Shown piece after piece: positions 1 to 6,368 of a stretch of 7,979 nt of DNA; position 1 is the first letter of the stretch; each line of letters begins with the position of its first letter. The stretch lies in the IMG/VR virus record IMGVR_UViG_2751185968_000016; one strand, given 5' to 3'. This DNA is from a virus (lineage: Duplodnaviria; Heunggongvirae; Uroviricota; Caudoviricetes). Position numbers and translations under genes: made by a program. The notes below the pieces were generated by a model. That model did no database searches. It was given only the letters and a program-made list of their open reading frames with translations, and was not told where the DNA came from.

Positions 1-1356
1 TCAAATGACCAGTTTTTTCCATTCCTTACCGCGTGCGTCGTTGTAAATATCGGTCATTTTTTGATTCGAATGGCCCAGCAAAATTTTGGTATCAACCCCC
101 TGCTCTCTGAACAATCGCTCTGATAAAGATCTCTGCTCATGGAAAGAGGGTGGGGTGCCATTAGCACGCCAGTTGTAATCCACAGAATCCCGGGCTTTTT
201 TAAATGCAACGGTTAATGTTGCTGGCTTAACCATCCCGCCGCGCTTAGCTGTCCCTTTCGCGTGATGGTGGTGCAATAGCCACGGACTAAGAACGCAATC
301 GCGGCAGGATGACACCACATCATCTAGGGTGAGATTTAATTTATCGCAACGCAGAGCCAGAGGGATGGCAATCCGGGTTCCTGTTTTTTGCTGTTCGACA
401 TGAAGATAACCATCCCGGATATCCGAAAATTGCATTTTGCAAATATCTGAAAGGCGCTGGCCTGTCATCAGTGCCAGCAGCATACCGCGCTGTAAAAAGT
501 AACCATCCTTTTCCGCTGCGTTATAAATCATCATCCACTCATCAAAAGTCAGTCGCTGTCTTGATATCCGCACCTGCGGTTTTTTTGCCGATTCTGCAGG
601 GTTAAAGCCTGGCGGGACATCGCCCGTTTGCTGAGCTTCCCGGAAAACATCGATCAGTACCTTCCTGAAAATTTGTCCCATTCTGTTATGTCCTCTGGCC
701 TTGTACTCTTCCAGTACTGATACCACATCTTTTACGGTTATGGCATCTAACGGTCTGGTGCCAAAACGTTCATCAAATACCCTGAGAGGGGCCGCTTTCT
801 GTTTCAGCGTGTTGAGTTTGATCTCGCCGTTTTCATATCTTTCCTGTTGAATTTTTCTGTAATTATTCAGAAAAATGGTAACGGTTGATGAACCGCCGGT
901 ATCACTAATAATTTTCTCCTGCAGACTGAGCATTTGTTCCATTTGCTGCCGGGCAAGACGGCTGTTCGCTTCTGCTGCAATAGTTTCTGCCAGTTTCTGG
1001 TCAATACTGCCGAGACCGTGATTTTTGCCTGTTATGGGATGCCTGTAACGCCAGTAAACTTTGTTATTTCTTTTGTCAAAATACGGAGATAATCCCGGAA
1101 CATTGGTTTTATATTTTCGCGGCGCGCCATCTTCCAGTATCCTCTTCAAAGCAGGGTGATCTGTGGCGATCACCTCCGGCTTGTTTACCATTCCGACAAA
1201 GCGAGCTTGCGGATCCACTCGCCAGCGTCTTCCAACTTTTTTGGGGAGAGGAAATATCATTCCGGCTTTAGCGTATTTACTTAACGTACTCGGAGTTGGG
1301 ACCGGTTCACTGAATTCCTCTTTTGCCCACTCAGTGAGCAGAATAAGTCTTGCCAT
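1..1356 (-). CDS. int: Tyrosine recombinase (lambda Int-like integrase), 451 aa, with an in-frame N-terminal excisionase-like HTH segment
   Basis: Complete ORF; the minus-strand stop is at 1-3. Segments align to lambda Int from memory: VYWRYRHPITGKNHGLG, RLTFDEWMMIYNAAE, MTGQRLSDICKMQFSDIRDGYLHVEQQKTGTRIAIPLAL, PPSFHEQRSLSERL, LLGHSNQKMTDIYNDARGKEWKKLVI. Catalytic R, K, H-x-x-R, H and Y positions are all present. The first ~55 residues (LTEWAKEE...GMIFPLPKKVGRRWRVDPQARF) look like an Xis/AlpA-type HTH. Weak Shine-Dalgarno. Confidence 0.9.
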   Translation of the reverse strand: MARLILLTEWAKEEFSEPVPTPSTLSKYAKAGMIFPLPKKVGRRWRVDPQARFVGMVNKPEVIATDHPALKRILEDGAPRKYKTNVPGLSPYFDKRNNKVYWRYRHPITGKNHGLGSIDQKLAETIAAEANSRLARQQMEQMLSLQEKIISDTGGSSTVTIFLNNYRKIQQERYENGEIKLNTLKQKAAPLRVFDERFGTRPLDAITVKDVVSVLEEYKARGHNRMGQIFRKVLIDVFREAQQTGDVPPGFNPAESAKKPQVRISRQRLTFDEWMMIYNAAEKDGYFLQRGMLLALMTGQRLSDICKMQFSDIRDGYLHVEQQKTGTRIAIPLALRCDKLNLTLDDVVSSCRDCVLSPWLLHHHHAKGTAKRGGMVKPATLTVAFKKARDSVDYNWRANGTPPSFHEQRSLSERLFREQGVDTKILLGHSNQKMTDIYNDARGKEWKKLVI

Positions 1357-1420
1357 GAGCGTCGTTCGCTAATCATGGTCGCCGCCACTATAGCTGGTGG
1401 GCAACGACCGGGGTTGAACA

Positions 1421-3892
1421 TTAAAAATCAGCCTGATTCGGGATCAGTTTTTGCCAGATAACTGAAACGTATTTTGCCTGGTAACGGGCGTCATCAAGTG
1501 CATTATGGCGCTCACCTTCGAATGGAATAGCCGTTCTGGCATCGAAGTCTATGGCTTTCCCCAGCTCAACGATTGTGCGTACATCGCGATCGTTGTAGTA
1601 ACGCCACGGGCAGGGGATCCCCTGCCGTTCGTATGAACGGCGCAAAATCGTGTTGTCGAAGTTGGCTCCATTTCCCCAGACCTGAACAAAAAATTCACCG
1701 GAGTTTTCGTCGATAAATTCCCGCAATTGTAACAGTGCATCATCTAACGGGATTTCATCGGTCATAATGGCAGACTGCGCTTCACGTGATTGCTTCAGCC
1801 ACCTTTTAATGACGTCACGATCAATGACTCCGCCAGCAGTTTCCAGATCGATAGTCTTACTAAATTCCGGTCCCATATCTCCGGTTTGCGGATCGAAAAA
1901 TATTGCACCTATTGAGATAATCGGGGCATCAGGATTTTTTCCCATGGTTTCAAGGTCGATCATTAGATGGTCACACGTCCTGCTGGTGGATGTGATAACG
2001 TGATGACCGTTCATCGTAATTAAGGGATCTGCCGTCTCGCCAGTTTCACTATCGCTGGCGTGATCCTGAGCGCTACCAGCATTCTCCTTGTGTGGATGTT
2101 CAGCGCCTTCCATTTCCTTCGGATCATTTTCCTGAACTTCAACCTGATTCTCTTCATCGAATGTTTCCTGGTATGTTGCGTCACCCATCACCGCGCCACA
2201 ATCAGGGCAGTTGCCGCCACCGCTTTGACCGCAGGCGGTGCAGACTTTTTCCGGTTCCTGTTGCGCTACTGGCTCAGGTTGTTTCGTTTCTGGCTCGTTT
2301 TGTTGCGTATTTGGGCTGTTTTGTTCCGCTTTCTGGTCGTTCTGTTCCGATTCTTGCTGGTTCTGGTTTACAGAATCGCGGGTTTCAATCCCCTTTACCC
2401 ATTTCGGATCATTCGGGTCGCTAATCCCTGCAACAAATTCTCCGCGAGAGGCAGCAAGCAACTTATCGGCGTCAGGCTGGCTGATATTGGCTGCCTGCAT
2501 AATTTTGTTTACTTCGTCAGCGGTAACTTTTACCGGCTCTGGTTGTGCGGTCGTGTCAGATGCACCAGTATTTTGTTGTGAACCTGAGTACGTGCCGTTT
2601 TTACGTGCGAAGTATTCCTCTTTTGTGATTTCCGTAGCTCCCAAGGCTAGTGCTTTTTCCAGACCAGAAAGTTTGTTTGCGCGACCGTATTTTTCGCCAT
2701 CCTTGTCGGTGAAGAGGAAGTAGAACGGCCCCTCACGCTCTACAGATGGTTCGACTTCCACTTTGCATTCGGTTTTTTCGTTGCCCGGAATTGCCGTTTC
2801 CACTGCATCAGTTTCTGGTACTGGCGACGAGAGAGTATCAGTTGCGCTCTGATTTCTTCCTTCATCTTCAAACACGCCCTTTGTAGTCAGGTATTCAGTA
2901 ATGTATTTGTTCAGTGCCACAGGGTCTTTGTGAATGTCGATCGGACGTTCACGGACAAGGCCAAAAATAGTCTGGCGGTCGTAGCGAAGGGCATCAGGCT
3001 GTTTGCGCATTGATGCCGAGATACGCTTCCAGTCTTCGCGGTCGTTGTCGATAACTTCATTTTTTGCCCAGCGATGGATGCTGCCGTCAATGTTTCCGGC
3101 ATCCACATCACCAGGCCAGAGAGCGTAGGCCAGTTCGTCATCCAGTGTTTTCCATGTCTGCTTGTATTCGCGATGAATGGCAGCAATGACCGGGCTGATT
3201 TTTCCTGTTGAATTTTCACTGTGCTGTTGATTGGTTCTGGCGCGGGCGAGATCAACAACAGACGTGTATTTTCCGGTTTCCTTGCGTTCACCTTCGCGAC
3301 GTTTTTTCCAGATGCGCATCTCTGCCTGAATTTCGGGCCATTTGGCACCAGGCTTACATTTATGCTTAACCCACCCGATGGCATGCAGCTTAAGCTCCGG
3401 ATACATGGCGTTAACTTCTGGCATTTTCATCAACGCTTCAACGATATGTCCGTCGAATGTTGCCATGTCTTCCTGCAACAATTCCTGTGCGCTAATAACC
3501 ATATCAACGGTGATGTTTTCACATGTGTCGAACTTAACCATGACAGCGTTCTGTACTTCAGGGGCCAGCTTGTCAAAAGTGACGTTCATCGGATCGGATT
3601 CAGTCTCAACCGGGACAAAGGAAGCAGACTCCTCATCCCAGCGGTTTTCCTGCATATATTCAGCATCCCAGGAATCGAGGGCAGGGCGGGGTATACCGGG
3701 TTTATCCTCGCAGACAAGAAATTTATAAGCGCAGTCCTGAGCAGCCGGATAATGCTCCAGGAATTGCCAGTGAAATTTTGCGCGGGCGCGACGTTCATCA
3801 CCGGCTTCAATGGCTGTGGCTACAGCGACGGCACCTTCTTCCTTTATTGCCTGTTCGTCCGGAATGGCGGCGCAAATAAAGACTTTACTCAT
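1421..3892 (-). CDS. Large multidomain exonuclease-domain protein, 823 aa: YdfE-like N-terminal region, Q/E/N/P heptad linker, 4-Cys zinc ribbon, C-terminal DEDDh (DnaQ/RNase T-like) 3'-5' exonuclease
   Basis: Long ORF with GAGGT Shine-Dalgarno 7 nt upstream of the ATG at 3890-3892. C-terminal domain (residues ~640-815, nt ~1448-1975) has Exo I HLMIDLETMG, Exo II VWGNGANFDNTIL and Exo III HNALDDARYQAKY (H-x4-D), the DEDDh signature. Zinc ribbon CTACGQSGGGNCPDCG at residues 551-566 (nt 2195-2242). N-terminal ~330 residues resemble the K-12 Qin YdfE fragment as I recall it. The central segment KLLAASRGEFVAGISDPNDPKWVKGIETRD...CPDCGAVMGDATYQETFDEE resembles, from memory, the region just before the nuclease domain of Rac RecE. 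Confidence 0.85.
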   Translation of the reverse strand: MSKVFICAAIPDEQAIKEEGAVAVATAIEAGDERRARAKFHWQFLEHYPAAQDCAYKFLVCEDKPGIPRPALDSWDAEYMQENRWDEESASFVPVETESDPMNVTFDKLAPEVQNAVMVKFDTCENITVDMVISAQELLQEDMATFDGHIVEALMKMPEVNAMYPELKLHAIGWVKHKCKPGAKWPEIQAEMRIWKKRREGERKETGKYTSVVDLARARTNQQHSENSTGKISPVIAAIHREYKQTWKTLDDELAYALWPGDVDAGNIDGSIHRWAKNEVIDNDREDWKRISASMRKQPDALRYDRQTIFGLVRERPIDIHKDPVALNKYITEYLTTKGVFEDEGRNQSATDTLSSPVPETDAVETAIPGNEKTECKVEVEPSVEREGPFYFLFTDKDGEKYGRANKLSGLEKALALGATEITKEEYFARKNGTYSGSQQNTGASDTTAQPEPVKVTADEVNKIMQAANISQPDADKLLAASRGEFVAGISDPNDPKWVKGIETRDSVNQNQQESEQNDQKAEQNSPNTQQNEPETKQPEPVAQQEPEKVCTACGQSGGGNCPDCGAVMGDATYQETFDEENQVEVQENDPKEMEGAEHPHKENAGSAQDHASDSETGETADPLITMNGHHVITSTSRTCDHLMIDLETMGKNPDAPIISIGAIFFDPQTGDMGPEFSKTIDLETAGGVIDRDVIKRWLKQSREAQSAIMTDEIPLDDALLQLREFIDENSGEFFVQVWGNGANFDNTILRRSYERQGIPCPWRYYNDRDVRTIVELGKAIDFDARTAIPFEGERHNALDDARYQAKYVSVIWQKLIPNQADF

Positions 3893-3984
3893 TTTGTTTT
3901 ACCTCATTACAGATTTAAGGGTGAACAAATCCCTGCCATTGCTGGCATATAAGAATGAAACCGGATATTTATTACGGAACTGTT

Positions 3985-4176
3985 TTAAAGACCTGCCGGG
4001 ATTTCGTTATTATCCTGGTGAATAACTTTATCGACCGGGTAACAGTTACCGGGAATTTTCTGTTCGGTTGCTGCAGTCACACACTCCTGCATTGTCCTGT
4101 GAACACTGACTGCAATATCAACTGGCTCTCCGGAAACAAGAAAAACTGTCAGAACAAGTGCAAATGCTGTATTCAT
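3985..4176 (-). CDS. ydfD: YdfD-like small membrane lysis protein, 63 aa
   Basis: Internal start of track ORF 3985..4230. MNTAFALVLTVFLVSG is a hydrophobic N-terminal segment. Its ATG (4174-4176) overlaps the dicB stop (4173-4175) as ATGA, indicating translational coupling. Length and sequence match what I recall of Qin YdfD. Confidence 0.7.
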   Translation of the reverse strand: MNTAFALVLTVFLVSGEPVDIAVSVHRTMQECVTAATEQKIPGNCYPVDKVIHQDNNEIPAGL

Positions 4177-4361
4177 TGCCAGCATCCTTTTTGTATCGGA
4201 CGTAAACGGGCCAGCATTGAAAGAATGCATATTTTATTTAATAGCTCCCGTTCGTGTTTTCTCTTGTTAATGGCATCTTCAGTAAATACAGGGTTACTGA
4301 TATTGACACCAATTTCAAAACAACCTTCAGACGTATTAACGTTTGGTAATAACGTTTCCAT
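4173..4361 (-). CDS. dicB: DicB cell-division inhibitor (MinC-dependent FtsZ-ring inhibitor), 62 aa
   Basis: Internal Met of track ORF 4173..4466 gives METLLPNVNTSEGCFEIGVNISNPVFTEDAINKRKHERELLNKICILSMLARLRPIQKGCWQ, near-identical to the K-12 DicB sequence as I recall it. It sits directly downstream of DicF, as in Qin. Confidence 0.85.
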   Translation of the reverse strand: METLLPNVNTSEGCFEIGVNISNPVFTEDAINKRKHERELLNKICILSMLARLRPIQKGCWQ

Positions 4362-4526
4362 TATCGCGTCCTCAACAATGAATTTTGTGATGCGGTGCCT
4401 GGTGCCTCCAGGTGACGTTAACCAGTTAACAATTAACGCCGGATACAGAGAATCCACCCATAACACTGTTTTTGGTTTTAACTGTTCCGCGTGCGCTCAG
4501 CCGCATTCACCACATCACAAAATTCA

Positions 4527-4573
4527 CTTTAAAAAGGGCGGCAGAGCAGTCACGGAGTAAAACTGATACCGCC
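4527..4573 (-). terminator. Rho-independent terminator forming the DicF 3' end
   Basis: GC-rich imperfect stem (GGCGG...CUG/CAG...CCGCC within the DicF 3' half) followed by a U-tract (minus-strand TTTTT at plus 4531-4535). Confidence 0.5.
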
Positions 4574-4588
4574 AAACGTCACCAGAAA
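4536..4588 (-). ncRNA. dicF: DicF small regulatory RNA (Hfq-dependent antisense regulator of ftsZ and other targets)
   Basis: Reverse complement of 4536-4588 reads TTTCTGGTGACGTTTGGCGGTATCAGTTTTACTCCGTGACTGCTCTGCCGCCC, which matches the 53-nt DicF sequence as I remember it. It is followed on the minus strand by a TTTTTAAAG U-tract and lies between the ydfC-like and dicB genes. Confidence 0.85.
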
Positions 4589-4929
4589 ATTGATAACAGA
4601 GGGCGTTGCAGCGGGGTTGTCACTTAAGCGTATGGTCAACCTGACAACCCGGTGTCCTCAACGGTGGAAGGAATAACCCCGCCATACTTACCGCCGCGCC
4701 ATTTCGCGGATTGCCACAACCGGAAGCGCACGGTCGACGAAAATTTAACGACAGGCTATCTATGAACCAGCTACCTCGCCGTGCGCTTTCGCGTTATGGT
4801 CTGACTTTTCAGGGAAATATCCTTTCAGTAAACTGTCAGTGCCGGATGCTCACCCGTGTCCGGCGCACGCACTCCACCTCACCCGTGGAGAACTCCTTAA
4901 TTACCAACCTTAGCTTCGTTGGTTAGCTA

Positions 4930-5148
4930 TTAACGCGGGTATGTAATCATTCTGGCAATGCTTAATGCCGCTGCTTTTTCCAGATTAGTGATATCCTGCT
5001 CCAGAGCGGACAGATTTTCAGCCTGCTTAGCCCTGGCTTCATTGGCCCATTTCAGATCCTGCGCTGCATTAATTTTCTGGTGCATCCACTCATAAAGTTC
5101 ATCATCGGTATAGTCTGGCGCGATGATGACGGGTTCTCGTTTCTGCAT
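4930..5148 (-). CDS. ydfC: YdfC-like small protein, 72 aa, function unknown
   Basis: Track ORF with GAGGAA Shine-Dalgarno upstream of the ATG at 5146-5148. Its size and position (third small ORF after the repressor, upstream of DicF) match Qin ydfC. Predicted helical and charged. Confidence 0.65.
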   Translation of the reverse strand: MQKREPVIIAPDYTDDELYEWMHQKINAAQDLKWANEARAKQAENLSALEQDITNLEKAAALSIARMITYPR

Positions 5149-5177
5149 ACTGATTCCTCGCGGTGCTGCTTCGCTTA

Positions 5178-5306
5178 TCAGCCGTTAGATTTTGCCGAGC
5201 TGGAAAGCGCCTGTTTAAACTCACTGAAGCTGAGAGCTTCTTCGCCTTCGGCAAGGCCTTCGAAGTATTCTTCGTAAGCCTTTTCCATGATTGTGTCGAA
5301 ATCCAT
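5178..5306 (-). CDS. ydfB: YdfB-like tiny acidic protein, 42 aa (MDFDTIMEKAYEEYFEGLAEGEEALSFSEFKQALSSSAKSNG)
   Basis: Hand-translated from the minus strand; not in the ORF track because of its length. AGGTGA Shine-Dalgarno upstream. Its start lies 2 nt after the ydfA-like stop (TGA-T-ATG). Stop is tca at 5178-5180. Confidence 0.55.
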   Translation of the reverse strand: MDFDTIMEKAYEEYFEGLAEGEEALSFSEFKQALSSSAKSNG

Positions 5307-5307
5307 A

Positions 5308-5463
5308 TCACTCACCTGAGTTTCTTTCCAGCCAGCGACGGGCACCATTTTCGGTTTTAAACGTTTTGCTTTTGGTATACGTCATTGCGGTGAACGTGCC
5401 GTCCTGGTTTGGAAACACGCCGTACACCAGAGATTCGTTGTTGCCAAGATCGATAGTATCCAT
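5308..5463 (-). CDS. ydfA: YdfA-like small protein, 51 aa (MDTIDLGNNESLVYGVFPNQDGTFTAMTYTKSKTFKTENGARRWLERNSGE)
   Basis: Internal Met of track ORF 5308..5619, with GAGGT Shine-Dalgarno 5 nt upstream of the ATG at 5461-5463. First gene downstream of the putative pL-like promoter. Confidence 0.6.
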   Translation of the reverse strand: MDTIDLGNNESLVYGVFPNQDGTFTAMTYTKSKTFKTENGARRWLERNSGE

Positions 5464-5539
5464 GCTGACCTCATTTCCCCTTAACGCCGGGGTAGCGGAA
5501 CTGTTTGCGGAGAACACCGTGCGGTGTGTTGATGGAGGT

Positions 5540-5568
5540 AATTTAGTTTTCTCATTATTTTTCGTCAA
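5540..5568 (-). promoter_or_regulatory. Candidate sigma70 promoter of the leftward ydfA-dicF-dicB operon (pL analogue)
   Basis: On the minus strand: -35 TTGACG (plus 5563-5568), 17-nt spacer, -10 TAAATT (plus 5540-5545). Flanked by operator-like inverted repeats. Confidence 0.35.
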
Positions 5569-5590
5569 GGTTTTTTGATGAGAAAACTCA
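5543..5590. promoter_or_regulatory. Two operator-like inverted repeats (TGAG-N4-CTCA type) flanking the -35 of the leftward promoter
   Basis: TGAGAAAACTCA at 5579-5590 and a degenerate inverted copy TTAGTTTTCTCA at 5543-5554, centres ~36 bp apart. The same 12-mer recurs at 6115-6126 in the repressor/cro intergenic region. Confidence 0.4.
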
Positions 5591-5655
5591 AGTGCTGGCG
5601 CAAGATAAAGCCAATACATTGAAATGTAAGGCTTTAAAATTTTGTGAAGGGATGA

Positions 5656-6063
5656 TTATTGATGCTTGTTGCGTTTGCGAGCCTCTAATAGCTCGGTGAA
5701 CAGGCGATTAAAATTCTCAACGCGGGCGCGGAGTTCGCTGAGTTGTGCTTGTTGCTCTGATTTAGGAAGTGCGCGATACAAACGCAGCATCTCTAACTCA
5801 TCTTCCGATAAGTCTAGGGTACTATCGAGTGAAACAGGGGGAGCTGGTGTTTTGTCCTCGTCGCCAAACAGTATCCAGGTTGGTGAACATTGCAATACCT
5901 CGGCGAGGCGATGCAAATTTTGCCCGCGCGGGGCTGTATGGTCACTTTCCCATAATGAAATTGATGAGCCAGATACGCCAGCAGCTTTGCTTAAACCGTT
6001 TTGACTTAAGCCTACCTGCTTACGTCTTTCTCTAATGCGTTGACCTAAAGTTTTCTCGTTCAT
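5656..6063 (-). CDS. dicA: DicA-like XRE-family HTH repressor (CI/C2 analogue), 135 aa
   Basis: Internal start MNEKTLGQRIRERRKQVGLSQNGLSKAAGVSGSSISLWE... gives 135 aa, the DicA length. Classic HTH_XRE pattern and a conserved LQCSPTWILFGDED segment. Divergent from the Cro-like gene. The track's 152-aa form is an upstream extension. Confidence 0.8.
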   Translation of the reverse strand: MNEKTLGQRIRERRKQVGLSQNGLSKAAGVSGSSISLWESDHTAPRGQNLHRLAEVLQCSPTWILFGDEDKTPAPPVSLDSTLDLSEDELEMLRLYRALPKSEQQAQLSELRARVENFNRLFTELLEARKRNKHQ

Positions 6064-6084
6064 ATTTAGATATCTTAATAATCC

Positions 6085-6128
6085 TTGACTTGAGATTCCT
6101 TGAGTGATTAGCATTGAGAAAACTCAAT
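6085..6128 (+). promoter_or_regulatory. Candidate rightward promoter (pR analogue) with overlapping operator
   Basis: -35 TTGACT (6085-6090), 18-nt spacer, -10 TAGCAT (6109-6114). Inverted repeat TTGAGAAAACTCAA (6114-6127) lies immediately downstream. Further TTGAG half-sites at 6090-6094 and 6100-6104. Confidence 0.4.
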
Positions 6129-6140
6129 ATTGGAGGTGCG

Positions 6141-6368
6141 ATGTTTAAATCAGACGTAATTAATTTTTACGGTACGAAAGCCAAAGTAGCGAAAGCTGCT
6201 GGCGTTGACCCATCTGCTGTTTCTCAATGGCAAGAGCTAGTTCCTGAAGGTCGCGCGATGCGTCTACAGGAGGCATCTGGCGGCGAGCTTCTGTATGATC
6301 CCAAGGTTTATGACGAATATCGTAAGACGAAGCGGGCGGGGCGGTTGAACAATGAAAATCACTCCTGA
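6141..6368 (+). CDS. Cro-like small HTH regulator of the YdaS/DicC family, 75 aa
   Basis: GGAGG Shine-Dalgarno at 6133-6137 and ATG at 6141; the track's 84-aa form starts upstream of the SD. Conserved YdaS/DicC-type core (FYGTKAKVAKAAGVDPSAVSQW). Divergent from the repressor. Confidence 0.75.
   Translation: MFKSDVINFYGTKAKVAKAAGVDPSAVSQWQELVPEGRAMRLQEASGGELLYDPKVYDEYRKTKRAGRLNNENHS

Noticed and set aside
1163-1372. Plus-strand 69-aa ORF overlapping the int start
   Set aside because: Antisense to the integrase N-terminus, with no Shine-Dalgarno and no recognisable family. It is not an xis candidate by sequence.
2060-2723. Three overlapping plus-strand ORFs (173, 110 and 161 aa) rich in Phe, Leu, Cys and Arg
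   Set aside because: They are antisense to the exonuclease gene and arise from its GTT-rich low-complexity repeats. No Shine-Dalgarno, and the composition is implausible.
3221-3952. Plus-strand ORFs of 243 aa (3221-3952) and 128 aa (3342-3728), and nested minus-strand ORFs at 2911-3384, 3586-3810 and 1549-1743
   Set aside because: Shadow or alternative-frame ORFs wholly inside the 823-aa gene, with no independent start signals.
4362-4466. N-terminal extensions of track ORFs (dicB as 97 aa; likewise the ydfA-like, ydfD-like, repressor and Cro-like genes as 103, 81, 152 and 84 aa)
   Set aside because: Internal Met starts give products matching known lengths and have better Shine-Dalgarno placement. 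The extensions run through upstream genes or regulatory DNA.
3955-4560. Plus-strand 201-aa ORF
   Set aside because: Antisense to ydfD, dicB and DicF, all of which have strong independent support. Cys-rich low-complexity translation with no ribosome-binding site.
4711-4926. Plus-strand 71-aa ORF within the DicF leader
   Set aside because: Opposite to the direction of operon transcription, no Shine-Dalgarno, and it lies in a region better explained as structured RNA.
5080-5360. Track ORFs 5080-5277 (+), 5102-5311 (-) and 5163-5360 (+)
   Set aside because: They overlap the well-supported ydfB-like and ydfC-like genes in other frames or strands. The real 42-aa gene at 5178-5306 is in a different frame.
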